Assembly (NCBI GenBank): GCA_003151425.1 | Contig: PLXO01000061.1 | Coordinates: 3,748-67,747, forward strand | Direction of reading: 5' to 3' | DNA: 64,000 nt | Origin: Acetobacteraceae bacterium | Lineage (GTDB): Bacteria > Pseudomonadota > Alphaproteobacteria > Acetobacterales > Acetobacteraceae | In this document: piece by piece, positions 9,124-19,244 of the stretch | Position numbering within the stretch: the stretch's first letter is position 1 | Layout: each line of letters starts with the position of its first letter | Program-made: the position numbers and the translations under genes | The notes under the pieces: generated by a model | Told to the model about the DNA's origin: nothing | Seen by the model: the letters and a program-made list of their open reading frames with translations, nothing else | Database searches by the model: none

Positions 9124-9444
9124 ATGGCCACGCCGCTGGTCCCACCCGAACTGCTCGATCCCGTCGTGGCCTATTTCAACCCGCGGCGGGTGATCGTGTT
9201 CGGCTCTGTCGCGCGCGGGGAGGCGGGACCGGACAGCGACATCGACCTGCTGGTGATCGTCGACGACGACACACCGCCGGAGAAGGTCACACTGCGGGCG
9301 GGGTTCGAGTCCCGCCGATCGTACCACGAGCCGGCTGATGTGTTTCCGGTGCGGGAGGCCACCTTTCAGCGCAAATCGCGGATCGCTGGAACCCTTTCGC
9401 GCGCGGCGACACTGGAGGGGATTCTCGTCTATGAGCGGCCCTGA
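9124..9444 (+). CDS. Minimal nucleotidyltransferase (MNT-type)
   Basis: GSxxRG...DSDIDLLV motif (VFGSVARGEAGPDSDIDLLVIV). Overlaps the downstream HEPN gene by 14 nt. Confidence 0.75.
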   Translation: MATPLVPPELLDPVVAYFNPRRVIVFGSVARGEAGPDSDIDLLVIVDDDTPPEKVTLRAGFESRRSYHEPADVFPVREATFQRKSRIAGTLSRAATLEGILVYERP

Positions 9445-9883
9445 GCCGGCCGACATTTGGCAGGAGGTTCTGGCCCGGCTTCGGGTCGCCGATTCGGATC
9501 AGCGCGTTGCGAGGGTTTGCATGGTCTGCGATCCGCCGGCGCACGATGCGGCGGCCTTCCATTGCCAGCAGGCGGCGGAGAAGCTGCTGAAGGGTTTCCT
9601 GGTCCATGCAAGCATCGATTTCGGCAAGACCCACAACCTGGAAAGACTTGGGCGAGTCGTTGCCTCGCACTTCCCCTCGATCGGGTCACTGGTGGTGGCG
9701 ATGCAGGACTGGACGACCTGGAGCATCGCCTACCGTTATCCCGACCTGGCCGAACCGCAGGCGGAACCATCAGCCGAGGAACTGTCGCGGGCGCTCGACC
9801 TGATCGCCGGCCTGGCGGCGGAGCTGCGGGCGCTCGCGCCACCCGCGGTGGCATCGGGCACCGGTGGCGTGGACTCAGGCTGA
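9431..9883 (+). CDS. HEPN domain protein
   Basis: AAFHCQQAAEKLLKGFL...KTHNLERL is typical of HEPN. Start taken at ATG 9431 within ORF 9338..9883. Confidence 0.7.
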   Translation: MSGPEPADIWQEVLARLRVADSDQRVARVCMVCDPPAHDAAAFHCQQAAEKLLKGFLVHASIDFGKTHNLERLGRVVASHFPSIGSLVVAMQDWTTWSIAYRYPDLAEPQAEPSAEELSRALDLIAGLAAELRALAPPAVASGTGGVDSG

Positions 9884-9994
9884 GCCTGCCAAGCATCACG
9901 CCGAGACCACGACGCCTTGGGCGCCGCCAGCGTGAAACGCGCCCACGAAGCAGTCGCTCCTGGCAGGAAGCGCCCCGGGCGATATCGCCGCAAT

Positions 9995-10645
9995 TTACGA
10001 CAGCCCGCGCAACATCTCGCGGAAGGCCAGCATCCCCGGGTCGTCCAACCCCACGGAGCGCTCGGCGAAGATGCGGGCGCGGCCGATCTTCGCCTGCTGG
10101 CCGCGCATCCGCGTCATCGTGTCGTCCACTGCGCCGCTCGCCGCCGACAGCATCTCCCCTGGTGCTACGCCATCGAGCGCGCGCGCAGTCGCGTCCAACA
10201 CATCGAGCACTGTCTTGTCGCCCAGCGAGGCCTTGCCGCGCGCCATCATGGCCTGCAACGCGCCATGCAGCAGCGCCGAAAACTCCGCCCACGGCACCTC
10301 GGTGCGTCCGCGCGTGGCCTTCGCCGCCGCCATCAACCCAGTCGCCAGCAACGTGCCGTAACTCGATCCCGACACCCGCGTCACCGCCTGGGCGCACGCC
10401 AGCAAGGCCATGCCGACATCGTCCGGCAGCGTTGGCAAAACCTTCACCAGCTCGCGGCCGCCGCGCTGCATCGTCACGCCAAGGTCGCCGTCACCCAACT
10501 GGCCGTCCGCCGCGTTCAGCGCCTCGGCCACCGTCTCCATGTGCGCCGCGATGCGTTGCAGGCCGTCGGCCAAGGCCGCAGTGGTCAACGACGTGGTCAA
10601 CGGCGCGGTCGGCGAATCCGTCGGAGTGCCCGTGGTCGCGCTCAT
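9995..10645 (-). CDS. dhaL: Dihydroxyacetone kinase subunit L
   Basis: DGQLGDGDLG nucleotide-binding motif. Sits 4 nt downstream of dhaK. Confidence 0.85.
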   Translation of the reverse strand: MSATTGTPTDSPTAPLTTSLTTAALADGLQRIAAHMETVAEALNAADGQLGDGDLGVTMQRGGRELVKVLPTLPDDVGMALLACAQAVTRVSGSSYGTLLATGLMAAAKATRGRTEVPWAEFSALLHGALQAMMARGKASLGDKTVLDVLDATARALDGVAPGEMLSAASGAVDDTMTRMRGQQAKIGRARIFAERSVGLDDPGMLAFREMLRGLS

Positions 10646-10649
10646 CGCG

Positions 10650-11648
10650 TCACACCTTCCAGAACGCGCACTCGGCCGGCGCCTTCAGCAATCGTTCCAG
10701 TTCATCATCCAGCTTGCACAGCGTGAACGACACGCCCGTCATCTCCATCGAGGTGGCATAGCGGCCAACCAGCGGCATGACGATGGTCGCGCCGAGATCG
10801 TGGAACCGCGCCGCCACCTGGCGATACAGGATGTAGAGTTCTTCTGGTGGCGTCGCGCCCAGGCTGTTCACTAGCACCGAGACGCGATCGCCGCGCGCCA
10901 CCAGCAGATCGGCCAGCAGCAGGTCGAGCATCTCCGCGGCGATCGCATCCGCCGTGCGCAGCTTGCCGCGCCACACGCCGGGCTCGCCGTGGATGCCCAT
11001 GCCCATCTCCATCTCATCCTCGGCAATGCTGAAGGTCGGCTTGCCCGCCTGCGGCACGGTGCACGATGTCAGCGCCGCGCCGATCGAGCGGCAGGCATCG
11101 GACGCCTTCTGCGCGATGCTGGTGACCGTTGCGAGATCGGCGCGCGTCTCAGCGGCGGCGCCGGCGATCTTGAACGCGTAAACCATGCCGGCGACGCCAC
11201 GCCGCTTGTTGGCCTCGGTCTTCGGTGCGCTGGCCACGTCATCGGCCAGCAGCACCGTGGTTGAGGGGACGTCCTCCATGTCCAGCATGTCGCCGGCCAT
11301 GTCGAAGTTCATGCAGTCGCCACCGTAGTTGCCATACAGCCGCAGCACGCCGGCGCCGCCATTCGCCGCGCGCATCGCGTCTGCCATCTGGTCCACCGAG
11401 GGCGAGGCGAACACCTCGCCGATCGCACAGGCATCCAGCAGTCCCTTGCCGACATAGCCGGTGAAGATCGGTAGATGGCCGGAGCCGCCGCCGGAGACGA
11501 TGCCAACCTTGCCCGCAATGGGTGTGCCCGGCCGCTTGATCACCCGGCCATCGGTGCCGGCGCGCTGGTAGTGGTCGGGATGCGCGAGCACCAGACCTTC
11601 CAGCATCTCGGCGACGTAGGCGTACGGATCGTTGAGGATTTTTTTCAT
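10650..11648 (-). CDS. dhaK: Dihydroxyacetone kinase subunit K
   Basis: MKKILNDP...VSGGGSGHLP...GEVFASPS motifs. Confidence 0.9.
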   Translation of the reverse strand: MKKILNDPYAYVAEMLEGLVLAHPDHYQRAGTDGRVIKRPGTPIAGKVGIVSGGGSGHLPIFTGYVGKGLLDACAIGEVFASPSVDQMADAMRAANGGAGVLRLYGNYGGDCMNFDMAGDMLDMEDVPSTTVLLADDVASAPKTEANKRRGVAGMVYAFKIAGAAAETRADLATVTSIAQKASDACRSIGAALTSCTVPQAGKPTFSIAEDEMEMGMGIHGEPGVWRGKLRTADAIAAEMLDLLLADLLVARGDRVSVLVNSLGATPPEELYILYRQVAARFHDLGATIVMPLVGRYATSMEMTGVSFTLCKLDDELERLLKAPAECAFWKV

Positions 11649-11902
11649 GCGGGGCCTCCCGGTCGTTTATGTGCAGGCGTGGTGCTGGACCGAGGGATAG
11701 CGCCTGGGCACCGCGGCGGCAATCAGACGCCTGGTGCGCGCTGCCTCGGCCAGCGGCGCCCCGACTGCCGCGGCCGGCCGGAACATCCCAGCTCGCCTAG
11801 CTGGCCTGATCGGGTTATGCCATCATCCCGTCAGCGCGGCATTCAACGCCCGCACCCCGCGGCCAAGCGCGGGGCCGCGACACGTCAGTTGGGAGGATTT
11901 CC

Positions 11903-13126
11903 ATGCCTGTTTCGCGTCGCCTGCTGCTGGGTGGAGCGGCCGCATTGTCCGCCGCGCCGATCATTCGCACCCGCGCGCAGGGCAAGCCCAGCATCAAGCT
12001 CGGCGTACTGACCGACCTGTCGGGCACCTATCGCGACAACACCGGCCCGACCTCGGTCGCCGCCGCGCAGCAGGCGATCGACGAGATGCGCCCGCATCTC
12101 AGCTTCGACGTGGAGCTGATCAGCGCCGACCACCAGAACAAGCCTGACGTGGCCTCCACCATTGCGCGGCAGTGGTACGATCAGGGGGTTGCTGCAACGA
12201 TTGACGTGCCGACCTCGTCCGTGGCGCTCGCGGTGGCGCAGGTGGCGAAGGAGAAGGACAAGATCATGCTCAACGCCTCGGCCACCGTAGCCGCGTTGAC
12301 CTGGCAGCAATGCAGTCCGAACTCGATCGTCTGGAGCTTTGACACCTACGAGAACGCGCACAACACCGGCGGCGCGCTGATGGCGGCGGGCAACAAGTCG
12401 TGGTTCTTCATCACCGCCAATTACGCGTTTGGCCAGTCGCTGGCGGATCTGACCAAGGAGGTCGTGCTGGCGGGCGGCGGCGAGGTGAAGGGCGACCTGC
12501 GCTATCCATTCCCGGACACCACCGATTTTTCCGCCTATTTGACGCAGGCGCAGGCGAGCGGGGCCACGGTGCTGGGGCTGGCGAACGCCGGGCTCGATAC
12601 GCAGAACTGCATCAAGCAGGCGGCTGAATTCGGGCTCAGCAAGACGATGAAGATCGCCCCGCTGCTGCTGTTCATCACCGACGTGCACTCGCTCGGGCTG
12701 GAGGTGTGCGGCGGACTGACGACGACGGAAACATTCTACTGGGATCGCGACGATCGGTCGCGCGCATTCGCCAAGCGGATGCTCGTGAAGACGCCGAACA
12801 ACTATCCGAACCAGGCGCATGCCAGTTCGTACGCCATCACGTTGCACTACCTGAAGGCGGCGCAGGCGATGGGAGCGGACGAGGCGCAGAAGAGTGGGCG
12901 AGCGACGGTGGCGAAAATGAAGTCGATGCCGACCGATGATGACGCGTTCGGCGCGGGCAGCATCCGTGCCGATGGCCGCGGTGTGTTCCCCGCCTATCTG
13001 TTCCAGGTAAAGACCAAGGCCGAGAGCAAGGGGCCGTGGGATTTGTACAAGTTGGTACACACCTCGCCGCCGGCCGACGTGCTGCACCCGCTGGCCGACA
13101 CCTGCAAGTTCCCGACCAGCGTTTAA
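11903..13126 (+). CDS. ABC transporter substrate-binding protein (Leu/Ile/Val-binding family)
   Basis: Tat-like signal RRLLLGGAAALSA and type-I periplasmic binding fold motifs. Confidence 0.8.
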   Translation: MPVSRRLLLGGAAALSAAPIIRTRAQGKPSIKLGVLTDLSGTYRDNTGPTSVAAAQQAIDEMRPHLSFDVELISADHQNKPDVASTIARQWYDQGVAATIDVPTSSVALAVAQVAKEKDKIMLNASATVAALTWQQCSPNSIVWSFDTYENAHNTGGALMAAGNKSWFFITANYAFGQSLADLTKEVVLAGGGEVKGDLRYPFPDTTDFSAYLTQAQASGATVLGLANAGLDTQNCIKQAAEFGLSKTMKIAPLLLFITDVHSLGLEVCGGLTTTETFYWDRDDRSRAFAKRMLVKTPNNYPNQAHASSYAITLHYLKAAQAMGADEAQKSGRATVAKMKSMPTDDDAFGAGSIRADGRGVFPAYLFQVKTKAESKGPWDLYKLVHTSPPADVLHPLADTCKFPTSV

Positions 13127-13209
13127 GATCGTGCCCCATCGGCCCGTGCGGTGTGCCGCGTGGGTCGCTTGGCCGGCGGCGCGAGTGGTTGCGCGTGAAA
13201 GGATAAGCC

Positions 13210-13791
13210 ATGGCCGTGGTTGATGACGTTGCGGTTACGGAAACGGCGCTGTTGCGCACGCCCGATCAGATTTTGGGGCCGTTCTACCCGGTGCAGCAGG
13301 AGCCGGTGCTGACCGGCGACCTGACAAGGTCGGGCCGCGCGCAGGGCACCGTGCTGCATCTGAGCGGGCGCGTACTGACCGGCGCCGGCGAGCCGGTGGC
13401 GGGGGCTCGGGTAGAAATCTGGCAGGCGAATGCAGCTGGCCGCTACGCCCATCCGAACGACAGCAACCCGACGCCGCTCGATCCGAATTTCGACGGGTTC
13501 GCGGTGACCGCGACCGATGCAGAGGGACGCTACCGATTCACGACGGTGGTTCCGGCGGTGTATCCCGCGGGTCCCGGGCGGATGCGGCCGCCGCATATCC
13601 ATTTCAAGGTGACCGGCAAACGGGAGCAGCTTGTCACCCAGATATATTTCGCCGGCCATGAGTGGAACGATCGCGACCCGTGGCTGCAGAGCGCGCGGCG
13701 CAAGGACGCGCTGATCGTTGCGCTGCGCGACGCGCCGGGTGAGGCAGGGGCGAAGGCGACGACATTCGACATCGTGCTGGCGTTCGGGTAG
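13210..13791 (+). CDS. Intradiol ring-cleavage dioxygenase family protein
   Basis: ILGPFYP, VEIWQANAAGRYAHP, GRYRFTTV.P and RPPHIHF motifs. Confidence 0.7.
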   Translation: MAVVDDVAVTETALLRTPDQILGPFYPVQQEPVLTGDLTRSGRAQGTVLHLSGRVLTGAGEPVAGARVEIWQANAAGRYAHPNDSNPTPLDPNFDGFAVTATDAEGRYRFTTVVPAVYPAGPGRMRPPHIHFKVTGKREQLVTQIYFAGHEWNDRDPWLQSARRKDALIVALRDAPGEAGAKATTFDIVLAFG

Positions 13792-13892
13792 CGGCGGTCT
13801 CAGTAGCGCGTCGTCAAGTCGCTCAGCCAGGCCGGCGTCACGTCGACCAAGACCGTTTCAAGGCGGTGATCGACGCCGGGAAGGTCGGGGGT

Positions 13893-13940
13893 GGATGGCC
13901 TGGTCTGATCCCCGGGTCAAGCGCCCGGGGACGGCCATGA
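13893..13940. repeat. REP-like hairpin (GATGGCC...CCCCGGGTCAAGCGCCCGGGG...GGCCATGAC)
   Basis: Nested inverted repeats read directly. Shares the 16-mer CCCGGGTCAAGCGCCC with 19781-19796. Confidence 0.55.
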
Positions 13941-13983
13941 CGGTAGAAGAACATTATCCGGTCAGCAGCAAAACGTTATCCGG

Positions 13984-14919
13984 TCACCCCGCTTTCGGCG
14001 CGTGCTTCCCGCTGATCTGTGGCGTCGGCGTATCGAACCCCTGGTTCTGCCGATCGAGCCGCGTCTCGCGCGACCAGGCGCGCTTCAGGTCGTCGCGCAC
14101 CCGGATCGTCAGCCGCCCGAGGCCCTCGGTCTCCAGCTCCACTGTGTCGCCGTCCATGAAGGCGGACAGGCCGCGGTGGTTGGTGCCGGTGGCCAGGATG
14201 TCGCCCGGCTCCAGCGTGTGGATCGCGGTGACCCATTCGATGCAGCGCGGGATCTTGTGCGCCATGTCGTCGGAGTTGAAGTCCTGCTTCACCTCGCCGT
14301 TGACCCAGAGCTTCACAGCCAGCTTGTGCGGGTCGGGGATCTCGTCTGATGTGACGATGAACGGGCCGATCGGACAGAACGTGTCGCGCGACTTCATCTG
14401 GAAGAACACGTTGCCAGGCGGTGGCAAGCCGCGCGCCGAACCGTCGATGAAGTTGACGTAGCCAAACACGTAGCCCATCGCGTCGGCGGCGCTGACCTTC
14501 GTGGCGCGCTTGCCGATCACCACGGCGATCTCCGCCTCGCCCTCGAAGATCGTTGCGGGCACGTCGGGCAGCACCATCGTTTCGCCCGGGCCGATGATCG
14601 AGCTCGGTGCCTTGTGGAAGGCATTGAGCGGCGCCGGGGCAGCGCGGGTGCCGTCCTCCATGTAGTTCACCGCCATGCAGGCGATGTTGCCCGGCTTGGG
14701 CAGCGGCGCGCGCAGGTGCACACTGGCGAGCGGGATCGGCGTGCCGGCGCTGACGGCGGCGTCGAGCTTGCCGCGCCAGGCGACGAAATGCTCGATCAAG
14801 CCGCTGATCAGGTTGCCGGGCGTGGTGTGCGGGATATCGCGCACCACGGCGGCGACATCGACGATGCCGTCGCCCTTCACCACGCCCAATCTGTAGTCAT
14901 CGAAAAAGGCCAGCTTCAT
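13984..14919 (-). CDS. Fumarylacetoacetate hydrolase family protein
   Basis: FAH-fold C-terminal motifs (GEAEIAVVIG, GPFIVT.DEI, DMAHKIP, LEPGDILATGT). Confidence 0.8.
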   Translation of the reverse strand: MKLAFFDDYRLGVVKGDGIVDVAAVVRDIPHTTPGNLISGLIEHFVAWRGKLDAAVSAGTPIPLASVHLRAPLPKPGNIACMAVNYMEDGTRAAPAPLNAFHKAPSSIIGPGETMVLPDVPATIFEGEAEIAVVIGKRATKVSAADAMGYVFGYVNFIDGSARGLPPPGNVFFQMKSRDTFCPIGPFIVTSDEIPDPHKLAVKLWVNGEVKQDFNSDDMAHKIPRCIEWVTAIHTLEPGDILATGTNHRGLSAFMDGDTVELETEGLGRLTIRVRDDLKRAWSRETRLDRQNQGFDTPTPQISGKHAPKAG

Positions 14920-15029
14920 GGCAGGTTTTCCTCAGTTGGGGGTTTTCCTCGCGGAGTGTGTCCCCACTACGGTGCGTCACCAGTTAGGGTATGTCCCCTG
15001 GCAGGGTATGTCGCTTGAGCGGTGTGTTC

Positions 15030-15380
15030 TCAGTCGATAGGAACGAAGATGGAATGGCGGAGCTTGCCGCCGATGGATTTCGACAGGTGGCCCTTGCCGG
15101 TGACGTCCTCGACCAGGATGATCTCGCCGGCGCCGATCACGCGGGCCTCGCCGTCGCTGGCGGTGATCTGCACGCCGGCGTCGAGGTTGATGATGTACTG
15201 GCGGCGCGGCGCCGGATGCCAATCCAGGTCGTAGTCGCCGGAGGTCTCGCGGAAGATAATGCCGGTGGCGGGCAGACGCATGCTGAGTTTGCTGGCGTTG
15301 CGGGTTTCGACCCATTCGACCTCGATGTCACGGAAGTGGGACTGGCCGTCGGCGTCGGTGTAGAGATTGTGGATACGCAT
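15030..15380 (-). CDS. Cupin domain protein
   Basis: Small beta-barrel-like protein with a WHPAPRRQYII...GEIILVED pattern. Confidence 0.6.
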   Translation of the reverse strand: MRIHNLYTDADGQSHFRDIEVEWVETRNASKLSMRLPATGIIFRETSGDYDLDWHPAPRRQYIINLDAGVQITASDGEARVIGAGEIILVEDVTGKGHLSKSIGGKLRHSIFVPID

Positions 15381-15499
15381 GGTCGGGCTGCCTCCCCTTG
15401 GACGATGTGGTTGGCGGGAAGTCTACCGGCTGCGCGAGGGAAGGAACAGTGTCCGTGCCGAGTGGAACTATGCCAACAGTGCCTCTGCCGATTGGACCC

Positions 15500-15946
15500 A
15501 TGCCGGTCATCCGCCGCGCCGTCGTTGCCGATGTGCCGACGATCGAACGCATCGTGCACGATGCGTATATGAAATATGTCGACCGCATCGGCAAGCCGCC
15601 CGGGCCGATGCTGGATGACTACGCGGCGCGGGTCGCGGCGGGCGAGGTGTCCGTTTGCGCCAGGGGTGACGGGATTGCCGGAATTCTGGTACTCGAACCG
15701 GCGGCGGATCATCTGCTGCTGGACAACATCGCGGTGGCGCCGGCCTGGCAGGGCAGGGGGGTGGGGCGATTGCTACTGGATTTCGCGGATGCCGAGGCGC
15801 GTCGAGTGGGCCACGCAGAGCTGCGGCTGTATACGCATGTGCTGATGCACGAGAACATCGCGCTGTACACAAAGCTGGGCTGGCTGGAATACGGGCGCGG
15901 CGAACAGGCGGGGTTTCAGCGCGTGTTCATGCGCAAGCCGGTGTAG
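15500..15946 (+). CDS. GNAT family N-acetyltransferase
   Basis: Motif A QGRGVGRLLL. Start at ATG 15500 (MPVIRRAV). Confidence 0.75.
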   Translation: MPVIRRAVVADVPTIERIVHDAYMKYVDRIGKPPGPMLDDYAARVAAGEVSVCARGDGIAGILVLEPAADHLLLDNIAVAPAWQGRGVGRLLLDFADAEARRVGHAELRLYTHVLMHENIALYTKLGWLEYGRGEQAGFQRVFMRKPV

Positions 15947-16071
15947 CTCTTTGGCAGAGGCACGTCTGCCTCGCGCGCAGTCATGCGCGTGCGAGGTCAG
16001 CGTTCAGCTTATCGTTCAGCAACGATGGAGCCCGGGTCGTGGGTCGGTTTGGGCGGCACCGTTTCCTTCTT

Positions 16072-16112
16072 GTCATTCCCGTCCCCGGGCTTAAGCCGGG
16101 GACGGGAATGAC
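16072..16112. repeat. REP-like hairpin, 17-bp perfect stem
   Basis: GTCATTCCCGTCCCCGG / CCGGGGACGGGAATGAC around a 7-nt loop. Confidence 0.7.
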
Positions 16113-16137
16113 CTCGAGAAGGGCGGTGCCGACCAAA

Positions 16138-16689
16138 TCAGGTTCTGCGCGTGCGAGCGTACACCGACACGGGAACCGGGGCGTCCGCGTAGCTCGGTCC
16201 GGATGCCGGCCGCAGCCAGACTGCCGACGGCAGTGCCCGCAATGTAGCGGCGGCGGCGAGGCCGAACGCCAACTTCGAGGCGAGAGTGACCCCATACGGC
16301 AGCAGATGCACGAAGCCTGGGCTGACCACCGGGAGCACGACAAAGAAGTTGATCGCCCAAACGATCGCAAGACTGCCGAGCATGAACGGAAACACCATCC
16401 GGTCGTGCACTGATCCGCCTGTGACGGTTTGCGCCGCGGCATTCAGGGCAACACCGAGCGCGGCGGCGAGGGCCATGTGAACGGCCACGCCGGTTGCCGC
16501 GGATGCGCCATCCAGTCCTATCGCGGAGGCGACGTGGCGGGCGATCATTGCGGCGTCTCCGCCGGCCAGCGTCGCGTACAGCCACACGACGACGATCTCG
16601 GCCAATCCACCGGCCAGGCCGATGCACAAGCCGGTTAGCAGAAAGCCTTGACCCATTCCTGGCCGGGTTAGCGTGCGGCGAGATGACAT
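16138..16689 (-). CDS. Hypothetical polytopic membrane protein
   Basis: 4-5 hydrophobic helices. ATG 16689 is preceded by GGAGAACGAC. Confidence 0.5.
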   Translation of the reverse strand: MSSRRTLTRPGMGQGFLLTGLCIGLAGGLAEIVVVWLYATLAGGDAAMIARHVASAIGLDGASAATGVAVHMALAAALGVALNAAAQTVTGGSVHDRMVFPFMLGSLAIVWAINFFVVLPVVSPGFVHLLPYGVTLASKLAFGLAAAATLRALPSAVWLRPASGPSYADAPVPVSVYARTRRT

Positions 16690-17342
16690 GTCGTTCTCCA
16701 CTTCAACTGAGACCTGTTGCCGGCGTGAGGCGCTGCATCTTTCTCCGGAGCCTGCTTATACCTACGCTCGCTACGGCTGACAACGAGCTTCGGGGGCACG
16801 AAGTTCGGAGCCGCGGGACTATGCGCCCACGCCGGGCGATCGAACGCCGCCAAGGCCCGGAACGCCCAGCAATCTGGCAAAGATCAGAACTCTTTTCAAC
16901 ATGACGTTCTCCGCACCAGAGGCCGGAAGCGCAGCCAACGGCGCCGCGTGGCTGCAATGTGCGGCTATCCTCAATACCTTCCCGGCCCTGCGAAGCTAGG
17001 TTCGGAAACTACTCAGCTTGAATCAAGGTTAGGAGAAACTATCCAGCCGCGGTTGACGACACGCGTCCGTAACGCCCCGCCCGCGCCACGATCGAGGCGC
17101 GGGCGGGTGGGTCAGGTTTCGCCGAACATGATCCATTGGGATATGACCCATGCGGGAAATTCGGGTTCAGGTCGTGCTGTGCACCGCATCGGTGAAGCCG
17201 GTGACGGCACCCCGGCGGCCGTCGCCGGCCAGCACCGCGCAGCCAGCACTGCCAAACGAACAATGGGCCACCAAAGAACAATGGTGCCTCCCGGCATGCC
17301 CCTTCTGAACGTTGGGCCATCCACAATCAAGCAAGCGAGCGA

Positions 17343-17560
17343 GCAAGCAAGCAAGGGTTTCAACACAGGGAAGCAGGGAGGAAGCGGAGATCACGGAGAA
17401 GCATAAGGATTTTGGCGCGTCGCGCGGTACTTGGTCATACACGAGCGCTTAGTGTGCGCAATTCGGTGTCTGATCAAGCACCGCGCGAAGCGCCATGCCT
17501 CCCTTCTTCGTGATCTTCGCGTCCTCCCTGCTTCTTTGTGTTAAAGTCTTGCTTGCTTGC
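17343..17560. repeat. MITE-like element with ~63-bp imperfect inverted arms
   Basis: The left arm starts GCAAGCAAGCAAGGGTTTCAACACAGGGAAGCAGGGAGGA. The right arm is its near reverse complement and ends GCTTGCTTGC. Confidence 0.65.
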
Positions 17561-17632
17561 AGAGATCAAGCGCCCGTTCTGCCCCAAGGGAGTTTCGTCT
17601 GTCTGCGCAACGATGCATCACCGCCGAACGGC

Positions 17633-18262
17633 ATCGCGGCACTGGCGCCATTTTGCGGCGTGGCATCATTCTTTCTGGCCCTCGCACCGTATTTGCCACA
17701 GGGCAGGGAGCTCAGCGCGCTCGCCTCTGAACTGGTGTTCACCGCGATGGCCGGGTCGTTCAGCATGGCGTCGTTGGCCGCGGGGCGGGTCGCGCGATGG
17801 CTGGGCCGGCCGCCGCTGGTGGTCGGTGCGCTCGGCATGGAGACCGGGCTGGCCTGGTTGCGGTTGACCGTGGGGTGGATCGGGGTTGCAGGGTCACCGC
17901 TGCTGCTGGTGCCGGCACTGGTGCTCGAGGGCGTGGGAATGGGCCTGGTGATGGCGCCGCTGGCGGGCGCCGTGCTGCCCGGGCTGCCGGCACGCGACGC
18001 CTGGCCCGTGGCGGCGGTGTTGGTCATCATGCGGCAATTCGCCAATGCGCTCGGTGTCGCACTGATCGGACCGGTGTTCTTCGACGTGCTGGAGCACGCA
18101 CGTTCCGGCGCTGGCTATACGGCCGCCTTCGGAACGTACCTCGACTGGCTGACGGGGCTCGCGCTGGTGCTTGCGACATCGGTCCGGGTGCTGCTTGGCC
18201 GAAATCTGCCCCTGTCGGCGCTGCCATCTTGTTCCGATACCGAACGCTCCGCGGCGAGGTGA
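17633..18262 (+). pseudogene. C-terminal fragment of an MFS (DHA2-like) transporter
   Basis: Only about six C-terminal TM helices are present. There is no N-terminal half, and the 5' side abuts the MITE-like element. Confidence 0.45.
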
Positions 18263-18592
18263 AGAAGGTTTGGAGCCGCGGATGAACGCAGACGAACGCC
18301 GATGAGATTTGTACCTGTGTGGGTGCCTTCAAGGGACCCGGCCGATGCGTTCAATTTCCAGGCTGGACTTGCCGCTCTTTCTCTGCGCTGCGCGGCGCTG
18401 GCATATCGGGATCGGTGCGGCCGTGCCGGCAAACTCGATCGTCGCTCGCGCGATGGCGGAGTCGATCGGCATCGTGCCTCACCAGGCGCGGCAGCCGCGC
18501 ACGCAGGCACGGAACAGTGCTATCCCGGATGGATTGCACCGCCGGGTAGGTCGGGCGGGAGCCTCTGTCGCCTCGGTGGGCTGCTCAGTCGA

Positions 18593-18796
18593 TAGATTGC
18601 ACCGGATATAAATGCCGCAGGCTGTTTCATTCTTTACTTCGAAGGAGCCCGGTTCTTTTACAAGCTCGCTGAGCTTTGCGTGCCCGTATGTGCGCGGGGC
18701 GAAGTCAGTCACGAGATTGGCGAGACGTTGTCCAACCAGACCGAGGGGCGCCCAGCCGTCCCCGTCATCAAGCTGCGCAATCACCTTCCGAGGCAA
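18593..18796 (-). pseudogene. OST-HTH/LOTUS-domain fragment (C-terminal part of an NYN/LabA-like protein)
   Basis: DGWAPLGLVGQRLANLVTDFAPRTYGHAKLSELV pattern. No NYN domain upstream. Locally AT-richer DNA. Confidence 0.4.
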
Positions 18797-18982
18797 TGGC
18801 GTGGCCGCGGTTGTCGGTTCCAGATCTACTCAGTGAGACTCTGCGTTAGTCTGCCTTGCTGATCTAGCCGTGGCCCCCGGTTGATACGGGCTGCAGGCAG
18901 GAATCCCGCGCACCAAATACGATACCAAATACGATCGCCCAGCGATCAAAGCAAGCAGGCAGCCTGCGCGCACCCAGTTCCA

Positions 18983-19102
18983 CCGAGTGCACACAGTGTT
19001 TCACTGAGAGAAACCAAATGCCGCCGCGCGCGCCCATGCCCCTCAGCCCGCCGCGCGCGGTGCCATTCGAGTCCCCCTCAGTGAAACGCTGTGTGCACTC
19101 GG
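18983..19102. repeat. Long inverted repeat (26-bp arms, 25/26 match, 68-bp partly palindromic spacer)
   Basis: CCGAGTGCACACAGTGTTTCACTGAG (18983-19008) versus CTCAGTGAAACGCTGTGTGCACTCGG (19077-19102). Confidence 0.7.
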
Positions 19103-19244
19103 CGTCGTTCTGGGTCCGATGGCACTTGTCTACTCCCCTTGCTTCGTCGCCGCCCGCGCATCGGATGATTGTTAGCTGGCGTTGAGCATAAAGTTAGTAT
19201 ATATGACTTCCGATGTCAACACATTTCAGCAGGAGCCTTCCCGC

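Noticed and set aside
16822-16902. A 27-codon ORF (MLKRVLIFARLLGVPGLGGVRSPGVGA) with a GGAGAACGTC Shine-Dalgarno sequence upstream of the membrane protein gene, as a possible leader or signal-peptide-like micropeptide.
   Set aside because: It is too short and there is no supporting conservation. The shared GGAGAACGNCATG context with the downstream gene is suggestive but not sufficient.
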